Of a DNA stretch of 64,000 nt, positions 1 through 12,194 are shown in pieces. The notes beneath the pieces are model-generated. The model made no database searches. It was not told the origin of the DNA and saw nothing but the letters and a program-made list of their open reading frames with translations. Positions within the stretch are counted from its first letter, which is position 1; each line of letters opens with the position of its first letter. This stretch comes from Haliotis rubra (taxonomy: Eukaryota). The stretch covers positions 558,001-622,000 of the forward strand of contig NW_025767298.1 in the NCBI RefSeq assembly GCF_003918875.1. The letters run 5' to 3'. Position numbers and translations under genes: made by a program.

Positions 1-1430
1 TACTACAATCAAAAGAAAATCTGGTATTTTTAAATTTCCTTTGAATGTTTCGTGACTTACGTACCCTCTCAGGAGGACAATACTTTTACACTACTTTAAG
101 CCCCCTTGAGGATACAGCCACTAACAGTCTAAGATACTAATATAATAATATAAACTACCAATCATTAAAATACACCCATCTGCAAAACATATTAATCAAA
201 TTTTTCAATTAAATCAATTTTATTAAAAAGACCATAATTAAATGAAAATTAACAGTAGTAAAATATCCTTAACAGGTTTTACATTGAAATCCCTTTTGAA
301 GGAAAAATCAACACAGTGAGGCTTGACAGTTATTCTCTCATCGCAAGGGATACAAAACGGAGGATCCTCACCTTTTAATAGGTATTCGTGATTATATTTT
401 GCATGGGCAATGTGACATCGTCGCATAATGACCTCTTCAAATCAGGACTGATAGCCCAAGTGGGTATAACCAATATAGGGTTTACTTCATGTAATTTATT
501 GATACCTACTTGGATCTTCCACTTCTTCTGCATCAGATCACGGATGTAAGATCTTATGACAGCTGTACAGAGTATGGCATGAATAGCAGCAAAATTGGCC
601 AGCTTGGCTGGGTAATTAACAGAGGACGATGTCGAATTCGCCAGTAGCAAGATCATTTTATAATTTAATAATTTCAATTAAAAGTGCATGTTCAGAAGAC
701 AAACTTTTAATAGCCTAAGGCAGCAAAAAGAGTATATTATGTATTGTTTATATTTCAGAGCTGTTAATGTGGCGTTTGCTTCTGCTGTAAAAATAGCGCT
801 GTTATCCGCTATTCTGGAAGATATTGTTTTGGATCCATAATGACAATGGCACAATCCACTGCGCCACAATGCTTGGACCCATCTGTAAATAAGGATTTGT
901 ATGTATTATATTTACTTTTTTAATTGATTATATTCCTGTTTTATTGTAATTCATTAGTTTCTGATGTTTTAAAGGTTGTCTGTGCTTGGGCAACTTCTGG
1001 ATTCACTAATTGTCAAGGAGGAGAATAAAAAGGAGGGAAGGAGGTGTATTTTTTAGCTCAATGCCAGCAGCAGAAAGGAAAGGTTTGACTCTTAGTCCCA
1101 GAGGCAGACTAAGAGAGACGACTTCTTGTTGTACAGATCCTCGTAAAGAGAATTATTAACACAGTTATATGTAGGGTTAGACGTGTTAGAATATAGTTTA
1201 GTGATATATTGTAAGGACAATTTGATACGGCGTTGGTTAAGAGAGGGTTCATCGGTCTCGGCGTTGTGACTGTCAGCATGAGATGTACTAAAAGACCAAA
1301 GACCAAGTCTTAGACCTTGATGATGGACAGAATCTAAAAGTTTAAGATCGCTGTTACCGGCTGTACCATATACAGTGGGGCCGTAATCGAGTTTCGAGCG
1401 CTTGAGAGATCGAAAATTAGACTCATGAAC
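1..1430 (-). mobile_element. Decayed I/Nimb-clade LINE (RT C-terminus, RNase H, C-terminal Cys/His motif, 3' UTR)
   Basis: Minus-strand ORF fragments read RSKLDYG..VYG..LKLLDSVHHQGLRL (post-RT), SSRIADNSAIFTAEANA (RNase H) and MRRCHIAH..EYLLKGEDPPFCIPCDERITVK (C-terminal Cys/His motif). Many stops and frameshifts. Confidence 0.8.
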
Positions 1431-1489
1431 TTGGCCCGTAACGCCAAAGACATTGATTCCGGACGTGTACAATGTGCAAAGTTCTTTTA

Positions 1490-1755
1490 GTGAGTGAGTG
1501 AGTTTAAATTTAATGCCACGTCGGCAATATTTTATTTAATATAAAATAAATAAACAACGAGCCTCGAAGGACTATAAAATGACTAGTGTATCACATATGG
1601 TGTTTTCAACTAGCATGTAAATCTAAAACTATTTTACTTGCGAAGAAAATACAATATATAAACAAGCTATAGATCTCCAGCAGCTGAAAGTAGATGACCA
1701 TACTAGGGACCAGAGGGACTTACAGTATAGTTTATACCTGCATGGACCTAAAGTA
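1490..1755 (-). mobile_element. 3'-UTR fragment of the same LINE, ending in a (CTCA)n tail
   Basis: Aligns by eye with 4350-4630 (aaacaagctatagat...gtagat.acca.actagggacca..gggacttacagta...acctgcatggacc). GTGA repeats at 1490-1502. Confidence 0.7.
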
Positions 1756-4349
1756 CATTGGGGGTGTCTCCCGACTTGTTTTACTGGTATATCGCTAACA
1801 GCGACATAAACCAGTATCATATCACTCATGTGTCGCAAACGATGTTAGCAAACGGATTTGAGAAATATATCTACTTTAACATAGAACGTCAGTAAAATGA
1901 TTACTCAGTCTTGATTCTCCTAAGAAACCAATTCCGTTTTGTGTAAAGGGAACATTAGCTGTGATTTTTTTAATGAAAATCAGTGATGACACCAGGTGTT
2001 CGCGATAAGGGTAAGCGTGCCCGGCCCTGCTACCCACCATTCACAAAACGGGCTTAATATAGAAATATTTTGGTCTGATGCTGCAATAGCCTTCCTGCCA
2101 TGCGACGATCGTCTGAAATGAAACCAGACGATAGAGTGATCGATAAACCAGAAGTCTAGTCAGATAACTTGGAATTACGATTGCAGCGTAGAAGACCATA
2201 TGTTGCGATGCTCATAAGTAAATAAAAACCCACGACTGGAATTGAAAAAATAAATAATATCGACAGACGGGTTTGAGTGACTGATTATTATTCCAAACTT
2301 TATGCAGCACATTTGTCATGGATCCACATGGTTGCTTATTAACATTTTCTTAGAATTATAACCTATCAGACACACAGTATGACTAACAAATTATGTTAAT
2401 AAGAGGCCATGGAGTGCATACAAAAACGGACCAGATGACAAAAAGCAAACACATTCTGAAAAGGTCTTCATTGCCTCGTACCATCCACAAGATGAGCATG
2501 TCTACACAGACAGGTGTTCGGCTAGGGTTTCTGTTTTGATAGCATTGTTGGATGTAAGTATGTAATGGAATCCTCTATTTACTATACACAGAATGTATGA
2601 ACTGCTCCCTCACAAGGCTTTATACATCCTTAGAAACAATGCTAAAGGATCCCCTGTCCTTTCATATTACTCTTGTAAGTCTCTATCTGATCACCGATGC
2701 TTGTCCATACTGCACGCATAAGTAACAATTCCATCTCATTTCTCATTTTCATTGTTTCTCCACAGGGCGTGGTTGACAGTTGCTTTGGACCGGCACTGCG
2801 AGATCTACAGTGTACATTCAACGTGACACTACAGAAGGTCAGTCTACTCCACCCTGTCATTACAGCAGGTAGGGTGTTAGGTACACTGCTTTTTTTGAAA
2901 ATCCCAAGTCGTTTCAACACCTACCGAGTAGCAGCCACTACTATGGCCACAACGTGTTTGTATGTTTGCTGCTGTGCCTATCATCCCCATATTTTGTAAC
3001 GAACTAGTCTTGTCTGGCGGAGTTGGACTGGCCAATGGAATAACAATATATGGTATGTTCCAAACGCAAAGAGACAAAATAGTGAAAGCAAACGATAGTT
3101 TTCATTGGTAATCAGTGATGACATCTGCCACTCATAAAACGTTAGAAAACGTGAGACTATAAACAAATGAATATTATGTGGAAGGATACTGATACGTACC
3201 AACTAAACTGTTATCTGACATATCATTCAGTCTCCACTAACAAGCGCGCAGCACCACTATTTTGTAGCGCTCTATTGAAATATCCATATGAGCCACTAGT
3301 TATTGTTGATTTTCATGTAACAGAGTCAGATCTGTTTGAATGAGAAAAGCAATGGCAATGTTTCCACAATTGTTTATTATACAGTTGTCTGGAGTAGGCC
3401 AAACATATGACATAATGCTCTCGCCAGAGCACCCTTTGGTATACATGGACAGTCTAAAATCGCATCTTTAATCAGCATGAGCCAGCTGGCGACACGCTCT
3501 GTATTAAATAAAATATATAGGCCTTTTTCCTCGAAAACTTTATAGCAATGACAGCAAATAATGCGATACGGCTATTACAAATGTTGTGTGTTTGAGTGTA
3601 ACTGAGTGTTGTTAATTAACACTTATTTTCAAAGACTCTGAAGGCCTGTAGAGAGGCAAAACCTTTTGATTTACCCATATTATGTAAAAACATTTCATGT
3701 TTACAGTTGGATAATGACAGGTTTTGCTTTTCATCTGATTTTAATGCTACCCAGGGAATCCAGAATTAATGGAAACGGACCTTCTTCACTGCAACACTCT
3801 CATCTTGCTTAGTTCATACAACCTGATAACAGCTGATAACATTTTATACATGTCTAACAAGAACCCAGAAACGATCGTCAATGACATATTATACCAACAG
3901 AAACGTTACACTTTATCTGTACTACAACAAACATGTGAACTTCCCGCTGAAATTACACTTACAAGTTTGTGGGGGGACTGTGATCAAAAAGGGTAGATAT
4001 CAACACATTATGGTCATCATATTTCCTTTCTGGTATACAGGGTGCTCCTTGATTTGTTGTTTAGCATGGATGTTTGCAGAGTTAATAGAATGCATTTCTG
4101 ACCTAGCGTTTCTGGTTGTTTTTTTAAATTTAAAAAAAATGAATCAATTAAGTGTAAAGCCACATCCAAATGATTTATGAATATAGATCCAATCTGTAGA
4201 AAACACATTTCTGGACTTACATACATATTTCATGCTATTTCAAAGCACCAAACGCTCTTTGGCGTTTCTGTTCAATGGAGTTAGTTTGAGAATAGACCTA
4301 GCAACGGCCCCTGTGATGGAATTGGTGGAAAAGTCAAGCGCATTTCATC

Positions 4350-5240
4350 AGAGTGAGTGAGTGAGTTAATATATAACGTTGAATCGGCAATATTTCAGCC
4401 ATATCGTGACGAGAACATTTGATATTGAAATGAAATATATGTATATTACAAAACAGTAAAACAACTAGAATATCACAATTACAACTATAGCTAGTATGGA
4501 GAGTTAAAACTGATAGCACTATTTGGACAATACAATATAAAAACAAGCTATAGATCGCCAACACCAGAAGGTAGATCACCAAACTAGGGACCATGGGGAC
4601 TTACAGTACCTTGGCTACCTGCATGGACCCTAGTTGGAGTTACACCATCCCTTCAGCTGCTGGCGATTGTAAGAAATGTTAGCTACAATTAAAAAGACAA
4701 GAATGCTACGTCTAAAAATCCTGGCAAGTTTGAATTGACTTTGAAAGTTTGGGGACTTACGTACCCTCTCAGGAGGACAATATTTTTACGCTACGTCAAC
4801 CCCCTTTGAGGGTACAGCCACAAACAATCTTAGTTATTAATATAAAATACCAACAATAAAATATTTAGCTATTTACAGATCAGTCAACAAATCTAATTCT
4901 TTTAAAAATTCAACTATTAAATGATAATTAACATTATAAAAAAGATCCTTCAATGTTTTGACATTAAAATACTTATCCCTTGAGATGGAATATTCAACAC
5001 AGTCAAGCAGGACATGCTTGACTGTGATTCTTTCATCACAAGGGATGCAAAACGGAGGATCTTATCCTTTCAGTAAATATTCGTGAGTATATCTAGTGTG
5101 GCCAATGCGACATCGTCGCATAATGACCTCTTCAAATCTGGACTGACAACCCAAGTAGGTGTAAACAATGTAGGGTTTTATTGCATGTAATTTATTAATA
5201 CCTACTTGGGTGTCCCACTTCTTCTGCATCATTTCATCAG
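4350..5240 (-). mobile_element. 5'-truncated copy of the I/Nimb-like LINE (ORF2 C-terminus plus complete 3' end)
   Basis: MMQKKWDTQVGINKLHAIKP..SRFEEVIMRRCRIGHTRYTHEYLLKG matches the copy at 240-540. It ends in gatatggctgaaatattgccga..aactcactcactcac. Confidence 0.8.
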
Positions 5241-5315
5241 AAGCTGGAAAACAGATCATGTAGGACGCAAACGATCCTTTTCTTTGGCTGAGCAGAATCA
5301 GAAGGCAATTAGATA

Positions 5316-6831
5316 TATACTAGGCACATGAACAAACTGTGCATACAAAAATTTAAAATCTAAATTTATCAAACCTGTGTAGACACATAAGGATTTAAAC
5401 TCAGAGATTAGTGACATGTATCCAACATGCATGCACGTGCCACGTTCCGTGACATCAGTGGGTTCGTCCTTGAGACGTGCAATACGTTGTTGCACGTGCA
5501 TTCCGGGAGAGAGAAACAGAGCAAATGAATGCCACACAATACTGTCACTTTGGAAAGCTCAACCCTTGCCCTTGCGATCATTAAAAAAATCAAACGGCTA
5601 TTGAAACGCATATCATGCCAAGGCTCACGTCTGCACAACGTCATGCGGCCATTGGGATGGTCCGTGGGGGAATGTCGCAACGACAAGTGGCTGCACATTT
5701 CCACTGCCACCGGAACACCATTTCTGCACTGGTGAGACGCTACCAGAACACAAATGACGTCATCGATCGGCCACGTTCTGGACGTCCATGTGTAACTACG
5801 CCAAGACAGGACAGATGGATGAGGGTGACCCATCTTCGCCACAGGTTTCAGACTGCAGTGATGACTGCCCAAACCATCCCAGGTCTTCGCCGTATCCACC
5901 CCAACACAGTTCGACAACGTTTACGTCATCACGGGATCAGACCACGACGTCCCACCATACGGCCTATCCGGACACTACGTCATCGACAAGCTCGCCGAAT
6001 GTGGTGCCGAAATCATGTCCGCAGACCCTTGTTTTGGTGGAGAAATGTTGTTTTTACAGATGAGTCCAAGTTTAACATTTCCCATAGTGATGGACGTCAA
6101 CGTGCCTATAGACGCGTGGGAGAACGTTATGCACAGGTTTGTGTCTTGGAGAGGAATCGCTTTGGTGGTGGTTCCGTGATGATTTGGGGTGGAATAACAG
6201 CACGCCAAAGAACTCCTGTGGTGATTGTTCAGGGCAACTTAACTGGTGTGGGCTACAGGGATCAGATTCTTCGACCTGTGGCAATTCCTTTTCTGCAACG
6301 TCATGGCCTTGGGTTAACATTCCAACAGGACAATGCCCGCCCTCATACGGCAAGGGTTGCTATGGAAATCTTGCAACACCACATTTTTGACTTACTGCCT
6401 TGGCCTGCAAATTCACCGGATCTCTCCCCGATAGAGCATGTTTGGGACGAGATGGATCGACGTCTACGCCGTCTTCCTCCTCCGCCAGATGACGTCCTTG
6501 ACCTTGCAACAGAACTTGAGAGAATCTGGCGTGACATCCCACAAGCCTTCCTTGCACGTTTGATAGGCTCTATGCGTCGTCGATGCACTGCTGTTCTCAT
6601 TGCCGATGGTGGACACACCCGTTATTGAGCATGTGACATGGTCGTTTGACCCCTGTCCCGCTTGTGGACTCGTGACGTCATTGTGATTGACTTTTCAATT
6701 GAAATTCACCCGACTTGTTATGGTCTCATGATCCCTTCATTAAAGTTTATATGTACCTTTGACATTGTTATCGTACTTATCAACTGGGATGATATTTGGA
6801 CAATGCACATTTTCTTTATGTGGCTAGTATA
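5316..6831 (+). mobile_element. Full-length Tc1 (DD34E) DNA transposon
   Basis: 27-bp imperfect TIRs: TACTAGGCACATGAACAAACTGTGCAT (5318) versus the reverse complement TACTAGCCACATAAAGAAAATGTGCAT (ending 6829), 4 mismatches. TA dinucleotides flank both ends and the transposase between them is intact. Confidence 0.92.
5615..6628 (+). CDS. Tc1-family transposase, 337 aa, intact
   Basis: Paired-like HTH N-terminus, RSGRP linker, VFTDESKF / FQQDNARPH / SPDLSPIEHVW with 34 residues between the second D and E, C-terminal GGHTRY. Confidence 0.95.
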   Translation: MPRLTSAQRHAAIGMVRGGMSQRQVAAHFHCHRNTISALVRRYQNTNDVIDRPRSGRPCVTTPRQDRWMRVTHLRHRFQTAVMTAQTIPGLRRIHPNTVRQRLRHHGIRPRRPTIRPIRTLRHRQARRMWCRNHVRRPLFWWRNVVFTDESKFNISHSDGRQRAYRRVGERYAQVCVLERNRFGGGSVMIWGGITARQRTPVVIVQGNLTGVGYRDQILRPVAIPFLQRHGLGLTFQQDNARPHTARVAMEILQHHIFDLLPWPANSPDLSPIEHVWDEMDRRLRRLPPPPDDVLDLATELERIWRDIPQAFLARLIGSMRRRCTAVLIADGGHTRY

Positions 6832-8879
6832 TATTTCATTCGTGGGCAGACTATGACGCAACAGCTTGACTACTGGTCAAGCCAAACAGTGAAACCAGTC
6901 AGTGGTTCAATGACTGTTTATGCCATACGGAGTTAAGCAGCTGAGGAGATCACGGTGGCAGTTGGCTTGAGAAATCTTTGCTTATATATGAATTGCACGA
7001 GGATCACGCTTCAAATTGCTGAAAAACATGTTCAAATATCGTGCATGTAATCAGCGGGGTTTGGGCGTAAAGTCTTGTTAAGAATTCGCCAATTTTCAGA
7101 GGTTAATTTATTGAATTTGTAAACAGTATGGAATATCTGGCAAAATTTAGTTAAGAACGGTTGCTTTAACTAAGACTAGTGGTTATATTTACACAGGTGA
7201 GTCTAATCTTTGGAAAGGAAGTATAGTAACAGAGACGTCTCAGTGGAAGCTGAAATGTTCAGTAGCAAAAATATCCTGAAGATAATTCTTGTCTGAAAAC
7301 ATGGACTGTTATGCTAAATCAGAGCATTTCTTGACACATCGTGGAAAATACCATTGTCTTCTTCAAAATACTTGCTTTGAACATTTTACCAATAAATTAC
7401 ATATTTCGTGCGTACCTGAAGTACTCTAAAACACTTAAAATCTTTTGTCATAACTATTTTACAAATATCCTTCGCCCAACTACCTTTCAACATTTATTTT
7501 GCTACCTCACCATACCAAAGTCCGGCTGATGTGTCAGAAGTTAGCCCTTCATGAATAACAACAAGTGCTGTTGTGCTTATTGTGCAAGATCTGATCTGAT
7601 GCCAGATTCTAACTGTCCATATCACTTGAGATTATTTTATGCTAATGTACATCATATATGCATACTATTCTGTTGTATCCTTGGTTCTCCTCTCCAGTGA
7701 GTTGAGTAAAGAACACGCTGCATCGATTCATATCATCAACCTGGCAATAACTGCAGGACAATTTGCAGGACCATTGGTTATCTCCCAGTTTCCATCTGAC
7801 AATGTCTATCATCTTCGCAGTACCACTCACAACGGATCAATATATTATTACACCAATTCAACATTTGTCTCACAGAATAACAGTCTACATCCAGAAAAGG
7901 AATTCTGTCACAGTTTTAATTCTCCTGTAATGTACGGATTTTTCGCTATAGCTGGATTAGGATGGCTTCTTGGTTCTTTCTATTTACTCGCACACAAGTC
8001 GTTTCAAGATGACATAAACACGAACGAGAACCAGCTCAAGGAAAATGGTGTCAGCACAATTAGTATCACTGACAGAATATATTTATTCATTATAATGATA
8101 TACACTACAGTCTGTGGGAATATCTTTGTCTATGGTCAATTCTTACCAACGTTTGGCATTCACAGTAGATTACATGCAAGTACAAGAACAATGGCAAGTA
8201 TGTCCATTTCATTTTATGCCTGCATGATGATTGGACGTTTTCTTGGCACATTGTGTAGTCTATTTATATCACGATCTGTACTGATAAATGTCGGCACAGC
8301 TGGGGGCATACTGATGTCTGTTACATTATGTACGTATCCGAAATAAAAATCACATGCTTTTGGATAGGGACTAGTATTGTATCAGTGGTTTGTGGCCCTG
8401 TCTTCCCGGCAGTTCAGACGTGGGCTCTTGATAATAGTGCGCTCAGAAAAGTATTGTATAGTATATCTGCCATAGTGGTTATGATAGGATATGCTGGCAT
8501 GTCTCTCCTGACTGGACAACTGATGTCAACCATCTTTGTACAAATGTTAAACTATGTGATGTTTGTGGTATCTTTAGTGCAACTTTTATCAATTGTGTTA
8601 TTATATTTGATAATGTGTAAAACTGTCAAATCACAGAATCAAGGATATTCAAATATTGAGTGAGATTGTTCGAGGTGATTCTCGTGGTATAGGACCTACC
8701 CCAAAGCCTGTGCTGGCCGTGTGAAGTGACTGACATGATCAGACGGCCAGGTTCAATGGCGTTATTGATTGCATATCATGACGACACAGTTCAGTCGATA
8801 CCTGTTTGTGATACGAATTACTGCATCAAACGCTGTTGTTTTGAGATCACTACAATGTATCTGACATTTTTCTGGTTTA

Positions 8880-9600
8880 AGGAACATAATGGATTTTTCC
8901 TTAGGCTATCAGTATCCGTCACTTTGAACATTGCACTGTTTTGTCTCTTTCGACGTATTAACTGTGATAGTAAGTGTAGCCGCCATATTAAAAGTGCCGC
9001 CTTATGAAATTTTGTACAAAAGCTGATCAAATCAAACCGAAAAATCATCGAGACAATCTGAGTGATTCTATTGCTACTCAAGGAAGAACTACGCTGACTA
9101 TGAAGAATCGCCATCCGACGTGTGTGTAAGTGACAGAGGATTGTCTGTTGCATTCACTAACAATGTCGAGAACATTGGCCACTCGGTCCTTCTCTGTCTT
9201 TTGTCAACTTGAACATTTTCAGGTCTTAACACATATGGAAGAGAGTTTTTTGTTGTCGGTACTTATTGCTAATTATTTTGCTCTGGTTTCTCTTTGTTCA
9301 GGCCTCTATTTGTTAATCTCCATTGTGTTTATCAGCGCTAATTATCTGTTGGGTGTTAGCGTCCATTCAGCGCTAATTAACTTGTAGTACTGGCTTCGAA
9401 TTGTTCAATTGGGTCAACCTGCATCTTTGTTGTCTTATTACTTCTGTTGTTCTTACATGTACATATATATGCTGTCTGCCTCATACTATTCATTCGCCGG
9501 ATGAAGGAGTAAGGATATACTCCCAAACGTTGTATTCTTCACAATATTTTAGATCGGTATTCGACCTTCTGCAAGAAACTTGACTGTTGTCCCTAATTTT
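8880..9600 (+). mobile_element. Probable Penelope-like element remnant (3'/pseudo-LTR region)
   Basis: Ends in cgccggatgaaggagta..tactcccaaacgttg, resembling the CTGATGAAG..CCGAAACGT end of Penelope pLTRs. No intact ORF. Confidence 0.4.
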
Positions 9601-10129
9601 ACGTTTTATGTTCCCTCTTGTTTGTGTTTGCACCGAGACCTAATGCATGCGCTAGGCTATATATTGTAAATCGATTCGTAAATACGTGTTAGCGGGCTTC
9701 ACACTCTTGACTTCTTTAAAGAAAGTAGTCCGTATTATAATATTGAAAATATGTACGTTTATCTCTCTTAGCTGGGTTTTAATTTTGTGTGATGGTTTTA
9801 TATTGTACAAAAAACTGTAATTGTGAAATGGATATATAAAGGAATTCCATGAAAAATAACTTGGTATTATAATGGACCTGGTTTCGTCACTATACGGCTG
9901 AATATTGGAAATACGGCTTTACATTTGAACTCACTACTCACTCACCATTGTGTTGTTTAACGCCATGCAGCAATAGTCCAAATGTTTTTGACGGCGGACT
10001 GCGAGTTTGGTGCAAGCAAAGAAGTGATTTACATATTTTGGCGTTAAACGCCATATAGCTATAGTCCAGCTGTTTGACGGCGGGTTGCAACTTATCGAGT
10101 CAGGAGCAAGGAAACCGGTGACTGAGATC

Positions 10130-10300
10130 ATATATACGTAGAGAAACAAACAGAGGAACACAGGAAAATTCAAGTGTTGCTTTGATATTTTCTATTTACA
10201 TCATCAGCTTTGAATAGCGCTGTGGTGATGAAAACTGGAAAATAATAAAGGTACGCTTAAATTTTCCTGTGCTCCTTTATTTGTTTCTCTACGTATATAT
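10130..10300. mobile_element. Tc1/mariner-type MITE with ~42-bp TIRs
   Basis: ATATATACGTAGAGAAACAAACAGAGGAACACAGGAAAATT versus the reverse complement of the right end ATATATACGTAGAGAAACAAATAAAGGAGCACAGGAAAATT. TA-rich ends. Confidence 0.8.
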
Positions 10301-10654
10301 CAGAACGAACCATTCGCATGTGCATAAGTAGGTTGACTTAATGCATCGTACTGAATTATGCTCTGCATTAACGTTTGGATATTCAACATTACATTGCCCC
10401 AAGCAACCTTTTATTGCGTGAAGTAGCAGTCGTCTCGTAAAGCTCTGGGTGAGAATTGATGTTCAGCAACATGAACCTCACGGAAACAGATCTTCGGGAT
10501 CGGTTGAATCATGCCATTACATCACAAGTTTGCAGATCGCTAATCATGCCAACAACCACAACAATAGTCGATGGTTTGTTTGTTTCAGCAATAACAATTG
10601 CTTGAATGTCAACTTACTGAATCCCGTTGAATTAACAATATAATGATCAATAAT

Positions 10655-10875
10655 CACAAAAGATCCGGGTTAGAACTGATCTTCAACCACTCATGCTTGG
10701 CGTAAGAGCCGACTAACGGGATCGGTTGGTCAGGCTCCCTGACTTGCTTGGCACACGTTATCGTATCAAAATTGTGTAGATCGATGCTCATTCTGTTGAT
10801 CAGGGAATTATCTGGTCCGCCATATAGCTGGGATATTGTTTGCGTTAAACAACAAACCAACCAACTAAATCAACC
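10655..10875 (+). mobile_element. Abundant ~240-bp SINE-like repeat (first of about 18 full or partial copies)
   Basis: Consensus gaagatccgggttagaatt..gactaacgggatcgggtggtcaggctcgctgacttggttgacac..gatcactggattgtctggtccagactcgattatttacagaccgccgccatatagctggaatattgctgagtgcggcgttaaac. Other copies near 11145, 12370, 17950, 22490, 22825, 24880, 28620, 29925, 30305, 31421, 35943, 40430, 42560, 49260, 49730, 50370 and 51955. Confidence 0.85.
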
Positions 10876-11812
10876 AAGCTTGTTTGCCATATTTTCGGTT
10901 GACCTTGAACCTCCGTGCAAACACAAATTACATTTTATTAGAAAACATCCTTTTTTAAACTTCCCTTCGAAAATGTATATACTATTTTCTGTGATCATAT
11001 CGAGAGGTTCAGATTTTTAGTCTGTACTTTCTAAGGACAAATATAACAAATCGAGGAAATATAATGGTAATCCTTTAATATTAACAAAAACATCATATTT
11101 TATTCCCCTTGCTAAACTTTAACGCAATGTAAATCACCTTTACTTGGTTGTCTGGTCGAGACTCGATTATTTACAGACCGCCGCCATATAGCATGGATAT
11201 TGCTGAGTGCGGAGTTAAACAACAACCAAACCAATATAATGATTTGGACCTCCACTGTCCTCAATCGCACTATGACAGTGTGAGAAAAAGCATAACACGA
11301 GAGCACAGCTCTTTTCTTGATGATTTAAAAAAAATATTCATCCTCTTCGGCATGCACGTTCCGAATCGTAGTTTGTGTTCTTGTTTCAGCAGATGTTTGA
11401 GATTGATTATGATCTGGTTTGAGTTGCAACAGCAGATGTGCGAAAATGCTGAATGAGATTCACTGAACTAGTTCTAAATACGTAGACACGCCAGTTATTA
11501 CATTAGATTTGATTATGAATTGTAAATATCTTCTGGTTAACGTTCTGTATTTACCAAAGGAATGCTTCATTCATTCATTCATTCATTCATTCATTCATCG
11601 TGCAAATGTATGAATACGAAATTTGGCCACAAGCTCTCCTCCCTTACGTTGTCGTCGTGTACGCTAAACGCCCGCATATCAGAGCTACACGAGTGTTGCT
11701 GGTGCTATAAGTCTAATGATAAGGAGACACATATTAAGAGACACGGATCTACTGGGCGCAGCGTGGTATGTTCCTGTTGTTGTTTAGATCTGTATTTAGC
11801 AGAACGAGTTGA

Positions 11813-12175
11813 GGTGAGGTGAGGTGAAGTGAAATTGGGTTAAACGTCGTGCTTGAGAATATTTCGCTCATATGACGACGTGCATGCATGTGTATGTGTA
11901 TGTGCGGCTGCTTGTACTAGCCCAGACTGAAGCTGGTTTTATAGTGCTAGCCCACCGAGATACCATGCCGCAGTGAAGCATGAATACCCCACTCAGACAC
12001 ATTATACTGACTCCGAGCCCACCAGTCTTTGTTGTACCCATTAATGCCCAGCGCCAGGCAGGGCCCAACAAGTACCATATTTTAACGTCTATTGGTAATT
12101 ACGCGGTCGGGGATCGAACCCGCGACCTTCCGCTCTCCCGGCGGACGCTCTAACCACTACACCACGGAGGCGGCC
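11813..12175 (-). mobile_element. Full-length tRNA-derived SINE (V-SINE/RUDI-like core) with a 14-bp TSD
   Basis: Minus-strand A box TGGTGTAGTGG and B box GGTTCGATCC, (CCTCA)n tail, and TSD GCAGAACGAGTTGA at 11799-11812 and 12176-12189. The family name is from recalled similarity only. Confidence 0.85.
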
Positions 12176-12194
12176 GCAGAACGAGTTGAAGGTG

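Larger units (their letters stand above)
2409..8663 (+). pseudogene. MFSD4/NAGLT1-like (sodium-dependent glucose transporter 1-like) major facilitator transporter, 3 exons, frameshifted
   Basis: Exon 1 2409-2553 (GT donor; one extra A in an A-run near 2422). Exon 2 2766-3052 (AG/GT; GVVDSCFGPALRDLQCTFNVTLQKVSLL..GRVLGTLL, then a frameshift near 2958 into FAAVPIIP..GVGLANG). Exon 3 ~7673-8663 (ASIHIINLAITAGQFAGPLV, YGQFLPTF, MMIGRFLG, GPVFPA; frameshift near 8335; no in-phase AG seen, acceptor possibly mutated AG->TG). Confidence 0.7.

Noticed and set aside
2642-2920. Minus-strand 92-aa ORF
   Set aside because: Antisense shadow of MFS exon 2; the plus strand has the splice sites and family motifs.
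5408-6618. Several overlapping and antisense ORFs around the transposase
   Set aside because: Shadow frames of a GC-rich Tc1 ORF with no motifs.
12095-12175. tRNA gene
   Set aside because: The tRNA-like head continues into a SINE body and tail and is bounded by a TSD.
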